A stretch of DNA of 64,000 bases from Leucoraja ocellata. Its lineage: Eukaryota. Where the stretch lies: contig JAWMAR010000010.1 in the NCBI GenBank assembly GCA_036785375.1, forward strand, positions 6,448,001-6,512,000, written 5' to 3'. The position numbers were made by a program, and so were the translations under genes. The first letter of the stretch is position 1, and each line of letters starts with the position of its first letter. Shown here piece after piece: positions 22,207 through 34,982 of this stretch. The notes beneath the pieces are model-generated. The model was not told the origin of the DNA. It worked only from the letters and a program-made list of their open reading frames with translations, and did no database searches.

Positions 22207-23789
22207 CATCAGGTAACACGTCACTCGAGTGTTACATTATGGATCTCTGGTGAAGAGAGGGCATTGAACGAAAATCTCACCTATCTTTCAAAAAACATTT
22301 AAAAAAATGTCACTCACATTCGGCTAAAACAATAATATCCCCGCACATGACAGCGTAGAGCGGTTTTGGCAGCCCCACCGGTCCCCAGGCCCGCCCCCTG
22401 CCCTTTAAATTGAACACCGCCGATTTCCGGGTAGGGCGAACGGCGGGTCCCGATGTTCACTTCTACTGGAGCAACGCCCGGTATTTCCAGTTGAAAAATC
22501 TGCGACATCTCTGATTTCCTTTCAATCCAGCAGCCGCCCTATTCGGCTCTAAATGCAAAACCTTTAAGTTTCCCGATGCGTTCCATGTCCTTCGCACTTG
22601 AATTCTTACTCATATGGGTGCCCAAGTCACAACTTTACTTGATGACATTAACGTAGAGTGCGTCTCCCACATTCCAGCGGCAACGTTCAACTGAACGGGA
22701 GTTTCATTGTATTCTTTGTTCCCTTTCCACAGAACCCGTTATTCCCATTTAGAGCCGCTTTCGGATTACATTGCACTAATTAACTAAACACTAGATGAAA
22801 GTAACGAGAATTGCTGATATTCATACAAGCCAGTGTAGATACATAATCTATATTTTTAGATAAAGGAGATATTGACAGTCTACAGATTTTACCGCGGTAA
22901 TTTGCATATATATGATTGATATGCAGAAGATCTGACGGTTTGTGCACCTAAATGTCCCATCTGCCATGTAGAGATTGGCTCTCTCGCTGTCTCTTCTCTG
23001 CTGAATGGATACTGGCTGGTTATATAACCCATTCTTCAAATATCTTTGCAGTATTACACGTTACATCTGAACATTCAAATTCACGAACCACATGTGGACC
23101 AGATTGACGAATCCTGACAGAGCCTCACGACATTCACATAACACCTGGAAAAAAATGACGCGTGGTTCTGTGAGGTATTGTCAGCATTTTGCCAGTGACA
23201 CCGGGCGAGTTATCTTCCCACAGTCACGATTGTTTTATTATCCTCTGTTCTAAAGCGGAACAACGAAGAATGTACTCGCAGCACCACAACAGCCAAGTAA
23301 ACATCATACTGTGCAAAAGTTCCATTATCCGAGGATATGACAGCCCCGCCATCCCGGGAATTAACCTGGGAAACTTACGCTACACTCCGTCAATAGCAAG
23401 AATGTCCTTCCTCAAATTAGGGGACATGTAATGTCATAACTCCTTTAATGGAGTTATATTGTAAATGCTTCATTATCAAGAGTTTTTTCCAATGTGCTCC
23501 ACGAGATGCTGATTTATATTAAACCGTGACATCGGGAAGGGAGCTGTCGCTCTCGGTGAATATGTTCCAGATTCGTTGTTCGTTCGTTTTGACATGCTCT
23601 CCAAGGTCCCGTTAAACAGCTCGCAGAACTAATGTTACATAGGAATTAAATGCCCATGACAGACATATGACTTTTTCTCTTGTTATCAACTAAACAAATA
23701 TGTGTTATTGAAGGTAATGGTTATATTGTGATCAATCTCTTTATCCCAGGAGGTTGCAGGCAGTTCCTTGTGACATAGGAAAACGAATT

Positions 23790-24800
23790 TACGATGCCAA
23801 ACTTCATTAACTTCACAACTAATTTCCATCCCGCACAGAATTCACTTGGGCCAATTCCGATATCTCCCGACCGTTTCTTCTTCTCACCGTCTCTATCACG
23901 GGAGATAGACTATCGACGGGCATCTACTATAAACCTACTTACTCCCACAGCTATCTTGACTACCTTTCTTCCCACTCTGCCTCCTGTAAAGACTCTATCC
24001 CCTACTCCGAATATCTCCGTCTGCACCGCAGCTGCGCCCACGTTTAAGTGTTCCATACCATGACATCTGAGATGTACTCATTCTCTATTCACCAGGGTTC
24101 ACCTCTTACATTATAGATTAGGCCCTCACTGAGGTCTTCTCGATATCCCGCAGCTCTGCCCTTGCTCCCCACCCCAGACGCAACAGGGACAGTATCGCCC
24201 AGTCCGCACATTTCACCCCATCAGCCATCGTACAAGCATATGATCCTCCGATATTTCCGCCACCTCTAACGAGATCCTACCACGAGCGATATCTTCCCAT
24301 CTTCAACCCTATCCGTTTTCCGCAGAGACCGGTTCCTCCGAAACTCACTGGTTAACATGTCCTTCCCGTTAATAATCTAGCTTCCTAGCTACTTTCCCCT
24401 GCAACCGCGGGAGCTACAACCCCTGTCCCTATACCTCCTCCGTCCCAGGACTCGGACATTCTTTTCGGGTGAGGCAGAGATTCACATGCATCTCCTCCAA
24501 CCTCATCTACAGTGTCCGCTGTTCCAGGTGTTGGCTCCTATATGTGGGCGACTACAAGCGAAGGCTCTGTGTTCGTTTCGCTGAACACCTTATCTCAGTC
24601 CGCCTGGAACTGCCCGATCTCCCGCTTGCCAAATGCTTTAATTCCCCTTCCCATTCCCACACTAACGTTTGGCTCCTAGGCCGCCTCCATTGTCAGAGCG
24701 AGGCCATACACGAATTGGAGGACCAGCATCTCATATTTCGCTTAGACAGCTTACAACCCAGTAGTATGAAAATTGATTTCTCCCACTTCAAGTAACCTCT
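23790..24800 (+). mobile_element. Penelope-like element fragment (decayed RT C-terminus plus GIY-YIG endonuclease)
   Basis: ORF 24469-24795 NLIYSVRCSRCWLLYVGDYKRRLCVRFAEH matches the PLE GIY-YIG pattern; upstream frames are broken. Confidence 0.85.
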
Positions 24801-24919
24801 GCATTCTCTCTCCCTCTCTCCATCTCTCCCCCACCTAAGTCGCAGTTTATTCCAAATCATCTTCTTCAGTCTCATAGTCTACAAGTCGTACAAACCTAAG
24901 AAACTTTTTTACATATCTT

Positions 24920-25610
24920 AGAAACACAAAAACATAGAACAATAGGTGCAGGTGTAGGCGATTCGGCTCCGTCAGCCAATATGATGACTGCAGATCATCT
25001 AAAATCAGTACCCCGTTCCTGATTTTTACACATATCCTAGATTCCTATTGCTCTAAGAGCACAATCTCTTTTGAAAACTTCGAGTGAATTGACCTCCACT
25101 CCCTGTGGCAGATAATTCCACAGGATCACAACTAACTGGATGAAAATATTTGTCCTCATCCCGGTCCTAAGTGGGCTCTCCTTATTCTAAAATTGGGACC
25201 TCTAGTTTTGGACTTCATCAACATCGGGAACATTTTACATGCATGCAACCTGTCCAATCATTTAACAAGGTTATATAGTTCTATAAGATCGCCTTCCATC
25301 CTTGTAATCTCCAGGAAATACAAGCCCAGTTCACCCATTATTTTGTCATATGTCAGTCCCGCCATACCCGGAATTGACCCCACAGCCACTTGCCCCTGTA
25401 CTCATCCTCTCGCAATGAAGGCCAACATGCCATTAGATTTCATCACTGCCTGCTGTACATGCACGCTCACGTTCAATGACGGATGGACAAGCACACCCAG
25501 GTTTTGTTGCACCTCCACTTTTCAAAATCTGACAACATAACGATAGTAACCTCGTCCAAATCCTTAATATATATTGTAAATAACTGGGTCCCAGCACCAG
25601 TACCCCACTA
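24920..25610 (-). mobile_element. Old degraded CR1 3' fragment, repeated in each triplication unit and in unit B
   Basis: catagaa tail next to aataggtgcagg. The homologue in unit B translates as [15 protein letters not shown] (ORF 55022-55279). Confidence 0.75.
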
Positions 25611-26074
25611 GTCCCTGCATTCTTTCATTCGTCTATTCTATATGTCCCAACATCACCGTCTGGATATGTCGGTTCCATTTCTCCTCGCTCTCCTGTCAGA
25701 AGCACACTGCGAACCTGATCAAGTTCAGTGCCATTGTTTCCTCGCTGATCTTCTGCACATAGACGTTAGAGAAATAGTGTAGAAACAGGCCATTTGGTCC
25801 ACTGAGGTGGTATCCAGGTGGAGTACTGGTGCTGGGACCCAGTTATTTACAATATATATTAAGGATTTGAGCGAGGTTACTATCGTTATGGTGTCAGATT
25901 TGGGAAAGGGGAGGTGCAACGTAACCTGGGTACACTGGGTCGTACCCAGCGTTCACTTCGTACACTTACACTGTCCTACACACTTGGAACAATGTTAAAT
26001 TTACAGATATCAATTATCTACCAACCTGTACATATTTGGAAGGCATTGGAATGGAATGGAATGATTTATTGGCA

Positions 26075-27179
26075 CATATAACCATATAACCATATAACAA
26101 TTACAGCACGGAAACAGGCCATCTCGGCCCTACAAGTCCATGCCCAACAAATTCTTTTCCCCCTTAGTCCCACCTGCCTGCACTCATACCATAACCCTCC
26201 ATTCCCTTCTCATCCATATGCCTATCCAATTTATTTTTAAATGATACCAATGAACCTGCCTCCACCACTTCCACTGGGAGCTCATTCCACACCGCCACCA
26301 CTCTCTGCGCAAAGAAGTTCCCCCTCATATTACCCCTAAATTTCTGTCCCTTAATTCTGAAGTCATGTCCTCTTTTTTGAATCTTCCCTATTCTCAAAGG
26401 GAAAAGCTTGTCCACATCAACTCTGTCTATCCCTCTCATCATTTTAAAGACCTCTATCAGGTCCCCCCTTAACCTTCTGCGCTCCAGAGAATAAAGACCT
26501 AACTTATTCAACCTATCTCTGTAACTTAGTTGTTGAAACGCAGGCAACATTCTAGTAAATCTCCTCTGTACTCTCTCTATTTTGTTGACATCCTTCCTAT
26601 AATTGGGCGACCAAAATTGTACACCATACTCCAGATTTGGTCTCAGCAATGCCTTGTACAATTTTAACATTACATCCCAGCTTCTATACTCAATGCTCTG
26701 ATTTATAAAGGCTAGCATACCAAAAGCTTTCTTTACCACCCTATCTATATGAGATTCCACCTTCAAGGAACTATGAACGGTTATACCCAGATCCCTCTGT
26801 TCAACTGTATTCTTCAATTCCCTACCATTTACCATGTACGTCCTATTTTGATTTGTCCTGCCAAGGTGTAGCACCTCACATTTATCAGCATTAAACTCCA
26901 TCTGCCATCTTTCAGCCCATTTTTCCAAATGGCCTAAATCACTCTGTAGACTTTGGAAATCCTCTTCATTATCCACAACACCCCCTATCTTGGTATCATC
27001 TGCATACTTACTAATCCAATTTACCACACCTTCATCCAGATCATTGATGTACATGACAAACAACAAAGGACCCAACACAGATCCCTGAGGCACCACACTA
27101 GTCACCTGCCTCCAACCGGATAAACATCCATCCACCATTACCCTCTGGCTTCTCCCATTCAGCCACTGTTGAATCCATC
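26075..27179 (-). mobile_element. 5'-truncated CR1 LINE with open RT ORF (324 aa)
   Basis: ORF 26164-27138 has PQGSVLGP, YADD, RPNLEYGVQFW; (taaccata)n tail. Confidence 0.95.
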
Positions 27180-28476
27180 AACATGGATTTGTGCCTGGAA
27201 GGTCTTGTTTAACTAATCTTCTTGAATTTTTTGAAGATGTTACACGGGAAATTGATGAGGATAACGCAGTGGATGTTGTGTATATGGACTTCAGTAAGGC
27301 CTTTGACAAGGTTCCTCATGGAAGGTTGGTTAAGAAGGTTCAATGGTTGGTTATTAATGGTGGAGTAGCAAGATGGATTCAACAGTGGCTGAATGGGAGA
27401 TGCCAGAGAGTAATGGTGGATGGTTGTTTGTCAGGTTGGAGGCCAGTGACGAGTGGGGTGCCACAGGGATCTGTGTTGGGTCCACTGTTTTTTGTCATGT
27501 ACATCAATGATCTGGATGATGGTGTGGTAAATTGGATTAGTAAGTATGCAGATGATACTAAGATAGGTGGGGTTGCGGGTAATGAAGTAGAGTTTCAAAG
27601 TCTACAGAGAGATTTATGCCAGTTGGAAGAGTGGGCTGAAAGATGGCAGATGGAGTTTAATGCTGATAAGTGTGAGGTGCTACATCTTGGCAGGACAAAT
27701 CAAAATAGGACGTACATGGTAAATGGTAGGGAATTGAAGAATGTAGGTGAACAGAGGGATCTGGGAATAACTGTGCACAGTTCCCTGAAAGTGGAATCTC
27801 ATGTAGATAGGGTGGTAAAGAAAGCTTTTGGTGTGCTGGCCTTAATAAATCAGAGCATTGAGTATAGAAGTTGGGATGTAATGTTAAAATTGTACAAGGC
27901 ATTGGTGAGGCCAATTCTGGAGTATGGTGTACAATTTTGGTCTCCTAATTATAGGAAGGATGTCAACAAAATAGAGAGAGTACAGAGGAGATTTACTAGA
28001 ATGTTGCCTGGGTTTCAGCAACTAAGTTACAGAGAAAGGTTAAACAAGTTAGGGCTTTATTCTTTGGAGCGCAGAAGGTTAAGGGGGGACGATAGAGGTT
28101 TTTAAAATGATGAGAGGGATAGACAGAGTTGACGTGGAAAAGCTTTTCCCACTGAGAGTAGGGAAGATTCAAACAAGGGGACATGACATGAGAATTAAGG
28201 GACTGAAGTTTAGGGGTAACATGAGGGGGAACTTCTTTACTCAGAGAGTGGTAGCTGTGTGGAATGAGCTTCCAGTGAAGGTGGTGGAGGCAGGTTCGTT
28301 TTTATCATTTAAAAATAAATTGGATAGTTATATGGATGGGAAGGGAATGGAGGGTTATGGTCTGAGCGCAGGTATATGGGACTAGGGGAGATTATGTGTT
28401 CGGCACGGACTAGAAGGGTCGAGATGGCCTGTTTCCGTGCTGTAATTCTTATATGGTTATTATATGATTATATGGT
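27178..28476 (+). mobile_element. 5'-truncated CR1 LINE with a frameshift near 28090; head-to-head with the preceding copy
   Basis: ORFs 27191-28105 and 28107-28385 have GRSCLTNL, DFSKAFDKVPH, YADD; tatatggt-type tail. Confidence 0.95.
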
Positions 28477-28551
28477 AATATACGTGACCCATGTTAAGTT
28501 AATCACCTGTTTCGCATATTGATGTCCACCTCAAATGATGTTGTCAAACGC

Positions 28552-28835
28552 TGACAGGAGGAGGAATACAGGAACTTGACCAGTGCCTTCTGTGCCTGGA
28601 GTGAAGAGAACTGTCACATCCTGAACACAACTAAGACTAAAGAGACGGGTGTTAACTTTGGCAGGTCCAAGCTCCCCCTTCAGCCGGTCAACGCTGCTGG
28701 GGCTGACATTGAGGTGGTGCAGACATATAAATACTTTGGAGTGCACCTTGATAACAAATTGGACTGGTCTGTCAACTCTGACTCCCTCTACAAAAAAGGC
28801 CAGAGCAGACTCTCTTTCCTCAGAAGGCTCAAACC
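28552..28835 (+). mobile_element. Rex/Babar fragment cut by the triplication junction (also 33688-33971)
   Basis: Matches the start of the Rex copy at 38734 up to ggctcaaacc. Confidence 0.85.
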
Positions 28836-29846
28836 TACGATGCCGAACTTCATTAACTTCACAACTAATTTCCATCCCGCACAGAATTCACTTGGGCCAA
28901 TTCCGATATCTCCCGACCGTTTCTTCTTCTCACCGTCTCTATCACGGGAGATAGACTATCGACGGGCATCTACTATAAACCTACTTACTCCCACAGCTAT
29001 CTTGACTACATTTCTTCCCACTCTGCCTCCTGTAAAGACTCTATCCCCTACTCCGAATATCTCCGTCTGCACCGCAGCTGCGCCCACGTTTAAGTGTTCC
29101 ATACCATGACATCTGAGATGTACTCATTCTCTATTCACCAGGGTTCACCTCTTACATTATAGATTAGGCCCTCACTGAGGTCTTCTCGATATCCCGCAGC
29201 TCTGCCCTTGCTCCCCACCCCAGACGCAACAGGGACAGTATCGCCCAGTCCGCACATTTCACCCCATCAGCCATCGTACAAGCATATGATCCTCCGATAT
29301 TTCCGCCACCTCTAACGAGATCCTACCACGAGCGATATCTTCCCATCTTCAACCCTATCCGTTTTCCGCAGAGACCGGTTCCTCCGAAACTCACTGGTTA
29401 ACATGTCCTTCCCGTTAATAATCTAGCTTCCTAGCTACTTTCCCCTGCAACCGCGGGAGCTACAACCCCTGCCCCTATACCTCCTCCGTCCCAGGACTCG
29501 GACATTCTTTTCGGGTGAGGCAGAGATTCACATGCATCTCCTCCAACCTCATCTACAGTGTCCGCTGTTCCAGGTGTTGGCTCCTATATGTGGGCGACTA
29601 CAAGCGAAGGCTCTGTGTTCGTTTCGCTGAACACCTTATCTCAGTCCGCCTGGAACTGCCCGATCTCCCGCTTGCCAAATACTTTAATTCCCCTTCCCAT
29701 TCCCACACTAACGTTTGGCTCCTAGGCCGCCTCCATTGTCAGAGCGAGGCCATACACGAATTGGAGGACCAGCATCTCATATTTCGCTTAGACAGCTTAC
29801 AACCCAGCAGTATGAAAATTGATTTCTCCCACTTCAAGTAACCTCT
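28836..29846 (+). mobile_element. Penelope-like fragment, copy 2
   Basis: GIY-YIG ORF 29515-29841. Confidence 0.85.
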
Positions 29847-31210
29847 GCATTCTCTCTACCTCTCTCCATCTCTCCCCCACCTAAGTCGCAGTTTATTCCA
29901 AATCATCTTCTTCAGTCTCATAGTCTACAAGTCGTACAAACCTAAGAAACTTTTTTACATATCTTAGAAACACAAAAACATAGAACAATAGGTGCAGGTG
30001 TAGGCGATTCGGCTCCGCCAGCCAATATGATGACTGCAGATCATCTAAAATCAGTACCCCGTTCCTGATTTTTACACATATCCTAGATTCCTATTGCTCT
30101 AAGAGCACAATCTCTTTTGAAAACTTCGAGTGAATTGACCTCCATTCCCTGTGGCAGATAATTCCACAGGATCACAAATAACTGGGTGAAAATATTTTTC
30201 CTCATCCCGGTCCTAAATGGGCTCTCCTTATTCTAAAATTGGGACCTCTAGTTTTGGACTTCATCAACATCGGGAACATTTTACATGCATGCAACCTGTC
30301 CAATCATTTAACAAGGTTATATAGTTCTATAAGATCGCCTTCCATCCTTGTAATCTCCAGGAAATACAAGCCCAGTTCACCCATTATTTTGTCATATGTC
30401 AGTCCCGCCATACCCGGAATTGACCCCACAGCCACTCAATAACACGAATGTCGTTCCTCAAATTAGAAGGCCACAATTGCACACAATACTCCAGGTGCGG
30501 TCTCACCAGGTACAAATGCAGTGGGACTTCCTTGCTCCTATACTCATCCTCTCGCAATGAAGGCCACCATGCCATTAGATTTCATCACTGCCTGCTGTAC
30601 ATGCACGCTCACGTCCAATGACGGATTGACAAGCACACCCAGGTTTTGTTGCACCTCCACTTTTCAAAATCTGACAACATAACGATAGTAACCTCGTCCA
30701 AATCCTTAATATATATTGTAAATAACTGGGTCCCAGCACCAGTACCCCACTAGTCCCTGCATTCTTTCATTCGTCTATTCTATATGTCCCAACATCACCG
30801 TCTGGATATATCGGTTCCATTTCTCCTCGCTCTCCTGTCAGAAGCACACTGCGAACCTGATCAAGTTCATTGTTTCCTCGCTGATCTTCTGCACATATAC
30901 GTTAGAGAAATAGTGTAGAAACAGGCCATTTGGTCCACTGAGGTGGTATCCAGGTGGAGTACTGGTGCTGGGACCCAGTTATTTACAATATATATTAAGG
31001 ATTTGAGCGAGGTTACTATCGTTATGGTGTCAGATTTGGGAAAGGGGAGGTGCAACGTAACCTGGGTACACTGGGTCGTACCCAGCGTTCACTTCGTACA
31101 CTTACACTGTCCTACACACTTGGAACAATGTTAAATTTACAGATATCAATTATCTACCAACCTGTACATATTTGGAAGGCATTGGAATGGAATGGAATGA
31201 TTTATTGGCA

Positions 31211-33612
31211 CATATAACCATATAACCATATAACAATTACAGCACGGAAACAGGCCATCTCGGCCCTACAAGTCCATGCCCAACAAATTCTTTTCCCCCT
31301 TAGTCCCACCTGCCTGCACTCATACCATAACCCTCCATTCCCTTCTCATCCATATGCCTATCCAATTTATTTTTAAATGATACCAATGAACCTGCCTCCA
31401 CCACTTCCACTGGGAGCTCATTCCACACCGCCACCACTCTCTGCGCAAAGAAGTTCCCCCTCATATTACCCCTAAATTTCTGTCCCTTAATTCTGAAGTC
31501 ATGTCCTCTTTTTTGAATCTTCCTTATTCTCAAAGGGAAAAGCTTGTCCACATCAACTCTGTCTATCCCTCTCATCATTTTAAAGACCTCTATCAGGTCC
31601 CCCCTTAACCTTCTGCGCTCCAGAGAATAAAGACCTAACTTATTCAACCTATCTCTGTAACTTAGTTGTTGAAACGCAGGCAACATTCTAGTAAATCTCC
31701 TCTGTACTCTCTCTATTTTGTTGACATCCTTCCTATAATTGGGCGACCAAAATTGTACACCATACTCCAGATTTGGTCTCAGCAATGCCTTGTACAATTT
31801 TAACATTACATCCCAGCTTCTATACTCAATGCTCTGATTTATAAAGGCTAGCATACCAAAAGCTTTCTTTACCACCCTATCTATATGAGATTCCACCTTC
31901 AAGGAACTATGAACAATTATACCCAGATCCCTCTGTTCAACTGTATTCTTCAATTCCCTACCATTTACCATGTACGTCCTATTTTGATTTGTCCTGCCAA
32001 GGTGTAGCACCTCACATTTATCAGCATTAAACTCCATCTGCCATCTTTCAGCCCATTTTTCCAAATGGCCTAAATCACTCTGTAGACTTTGGAAATCCTC
32101 TTCATTATCCACAACACCCCCTATCTTGGTATCATCTGCATACTTACTAATCCAATTTACCACACCTTCATCCAGATCATTGATGTACATGACAAACAAC
32201 AAAGGACCCAACACAGATCCCTGAGGCACCACACTAGTCACCTGCCTCCAACCGGATAAACATCCATCCACCATTACCCTCTGGCTTCTCCCATTCAGCC
32301 ACTGTTGAATCCATCAACATGGATTTGTGCCTGGAAGGTCTTGTTTAACTAATCTTCTTGAATTTTTTGAAGATGTTACACGGGAAATTGATGAGGATAA
32401 CGCAGTGGATGTTGTGTATATGGACTTCAGTAAGGCCTTTGACAAGGTTCCTCATGGAAGGTTGGTTAAGAAGGTTCAATGGTTGGTTATTAATGGTGGA
32501 GTAGCAAGATGGATTCAACAGTGGCTGAATGGGAGATGCCAGAGAGTAATGGTGGATGGTTGTTTGTCAGGTTGGAGGCCAGTGACGAGTGGGGTGCCAC
32601 AGGGATCTGTGTTGGGTCCACTGTTTTTTGTCATGTACATCAATGATCTGGATGATGGTGTGGTAAATTGGATTAGTAAGTATGCAGATGATACTAAGAT
32701 AGGTGGGGTTGCGGGTAATGAAGTAGAGTTTCAAAGTCTACAGAGAGATTTATGCCAGTTGGAAGAGTGGGCTGAAAGATGGCAGATGGAGTTTAATGCT
32801 GATAAGTGTGAGGTGCTACATCTTGGCAGGACAAATCAAAATAGGACGTACATGGTAAATGGTAGGGAATTGAAGAATGTAGGTGAACAGAGGGATCTGG
32901 GAATAACTGTGCACAGTTCCCTGAAAGTGGAATCTCATGTAGATAGGGTGGTAAAGAAAGCTTTTGGTGTGCTGGCCTTAATAAATCAGAGCATTGAGTA
33001 TAGAAGTTGGGATGTAATGTTAAAATTGTACAAGGCATTGGTGAGGCCAATTCTGGAGTATGGTGTACAATTTTGGTCTCCTAATTATAGGAAGGATGTC
33101 AACAAAATAGAGAGAGTACAGAGGAGATTTACTAGAATGTTGCCTGGGTTTCAGCAACTAAGTTACAGAGAAAGGTTAAACAAGTTAGGGCTTTATTCTT
33201 TGGAGCGCAGAAGGTTAAGGGGGGACGATAGAGGTTTTTAAAATGATGAGAGGGATAGACAGAGTTGACGTGGAAAAGCTTTTCCCACTGAGAGTAGGGA
33301 AGATTCAAACAAGGGGACATGACATGAGAATTAAGGGACTGAAGTTTAGGGGTAACATGAGGGGGAACTTCTTTACTCAGAGAGTGGTAGCTGTGTGGAA
33401 TGAGCTTCCAGTGAAGGTGGTGGAGGCAGGTTCGTTTTTATCATTTAAAAATAAATTGGATAGTTATATGGATGGGAAGGGAATGGAGGGTTATGGTCTG
33501 AGCGCAGGTATATGGGACTAGGGGAGATTATGTGTTCGGCACGGACTAGAAGGGTCGAGATGGCCTGTTTCCGTGCTGTAATTCTTATATGGTTATTATA
33601 TGATTATATGGT
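31211..33612. mobile_element. Head-to-head CR1 pair, copy 2
   Basis: ORFs 31300-32274(-), 32327-33241(+) and 33243-33521(+). Confidence 0.95.
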
Positions 33613-33971
33613 AATATACGTGACCCATGTTAAGTTAATCACCTGTTTCGCATATTGATGTCCACCTCAAATGATGTTGTCAAACGCTGACAGGAGGAGG
33701 AATACAGGAACTTGACCAGTGCCTTCTGTGCCTGGAGTGAAGAGAACTGTCACATCCTGAACACAACTAAGACTAAAGAGACGGGTGTTAACTTTGGCAG
33801 GTCCAAGCTCCCCCTTCAGCCGGTCAACGCTGCTGGGGCTGACATTGAGGTGGTGCAGACATATAAATACTTTGGAGTGCACCTTGATAACAAATTGGAC
33901 TGGTCTGTCAACTCTGACTCCCTCTACAAAAAAGGCCAGAGCAGACTCTCTTTCCTCAGAAGGCTCAAACC

Positions 33972-34982
33972 TACGATGCCGAACTTCATTAACTTCACAA
34001 CTAATTTCCATCCCGCACAGAATTCACTTGGGCCAATTCCGATATCTCCCGACCGTTTCTTCTTCTCAACGTCTCTATCACGGGAGATAGACTATCGACG
34101 GGCATCTACTATAAACCTACTTACTCCCACAGCTATCTTGACTACATTTCTTCCCACTCTGCCTCCTGTAAAGACTCTATCCCCTACTCCGAATATCTCC
34201 GTCTGCACCGCAGCTGCGCCCACGTTTAAGTGTTCCATACCATGACATCTGAGATGTACTCATTCTCTATTCACCAGGGTTCACCTCTTACATTATAGAT
34301 TAGGCCCTCACTGAGGTCTTCTCGATATCCCGCAGCTCTGCCCTTGCTCCCCACCCCAGACGCAACAGGGACAGTATCGCCCAGTCCGCACATTTCACCC
34401 CATCAGCCATCGTACAAGCATATGATCCTCCGATATTTCCGCCACCTCTAACGAGATCCTACCACGAGCGATATCTTCCCATCTTCAACCCTATCCGTTT
34501 TCCGCAGAGACCGGTTCCTCCGAAACTCACTGGTTAACATGTCCTTCCCGTTAATAATCTAGCTTCCTAGCTACTTTCCCCTGCAACCGCGGGAGCTACA
34601 ACCCCTGCCCCTATACCTCCTCCGTCCCAGGACTCGGACATTCTTTTCGGGTGAGGCAGAGATTCACATGCATCTCCTCCAACCTCATCTACAGTGTCCG
34701 CTGTTCCAGGTGTTGGCTCCTATATGTGGGCGACTACAAGCGAAGGCTCTGTGTTCGTTTCGCTGAACACCTTATCTCAGTCCGCCTGGAACTGCCCGAT
34801 CTCCCGCTTGCCAAATACTTTAATTCCCCTTCCCATTCCCACACTAACGTTTGGCTCCTAGGCCGCCTCCATTGTCAGAGCGAGGCCATACACGAATTGG
34901 AGGACCAGCATCTCATATTTCGCTTAGACAGCTTACAACCCAGCAGTATGAAAATTGATTTCTCCCACTTCAAGTAACCTCT
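33972..34982 (+). mobile_element. Penelope-like fragment, copy 3
   Basis: GIY-YIG ORF 34651-34977. Confidence 0.85.

Larger units (their letters stand above)
10743..28476 (+). repeat. Segmental duplicon unit A (17.7 kb) carrying the intact GPCR
   Basis: Collinear with 38659-58211 and 58212-64000; each starts aatatacgt(g/a)ac...gttaagtt(a/g)atcacctgtttcgc. Paired ORFs include 17010/45921/63485, 18564/47480 and 21295/50465. Confidence 0.95.

Noticed and set aside
26164-28385. Autonomous retrotransposon or domesticated RT gene
   Set aside because: Both CR1s are 5'-truncated, lacking ORF1, the endonuclease and part of RT; the plus copy is frameshifted.
28576-29109. Rex-Penelope fusion ORF as a functional gene
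   Set aside because: A by-product of the junction; truncated domains, no ATG start and no splice or promoter support.
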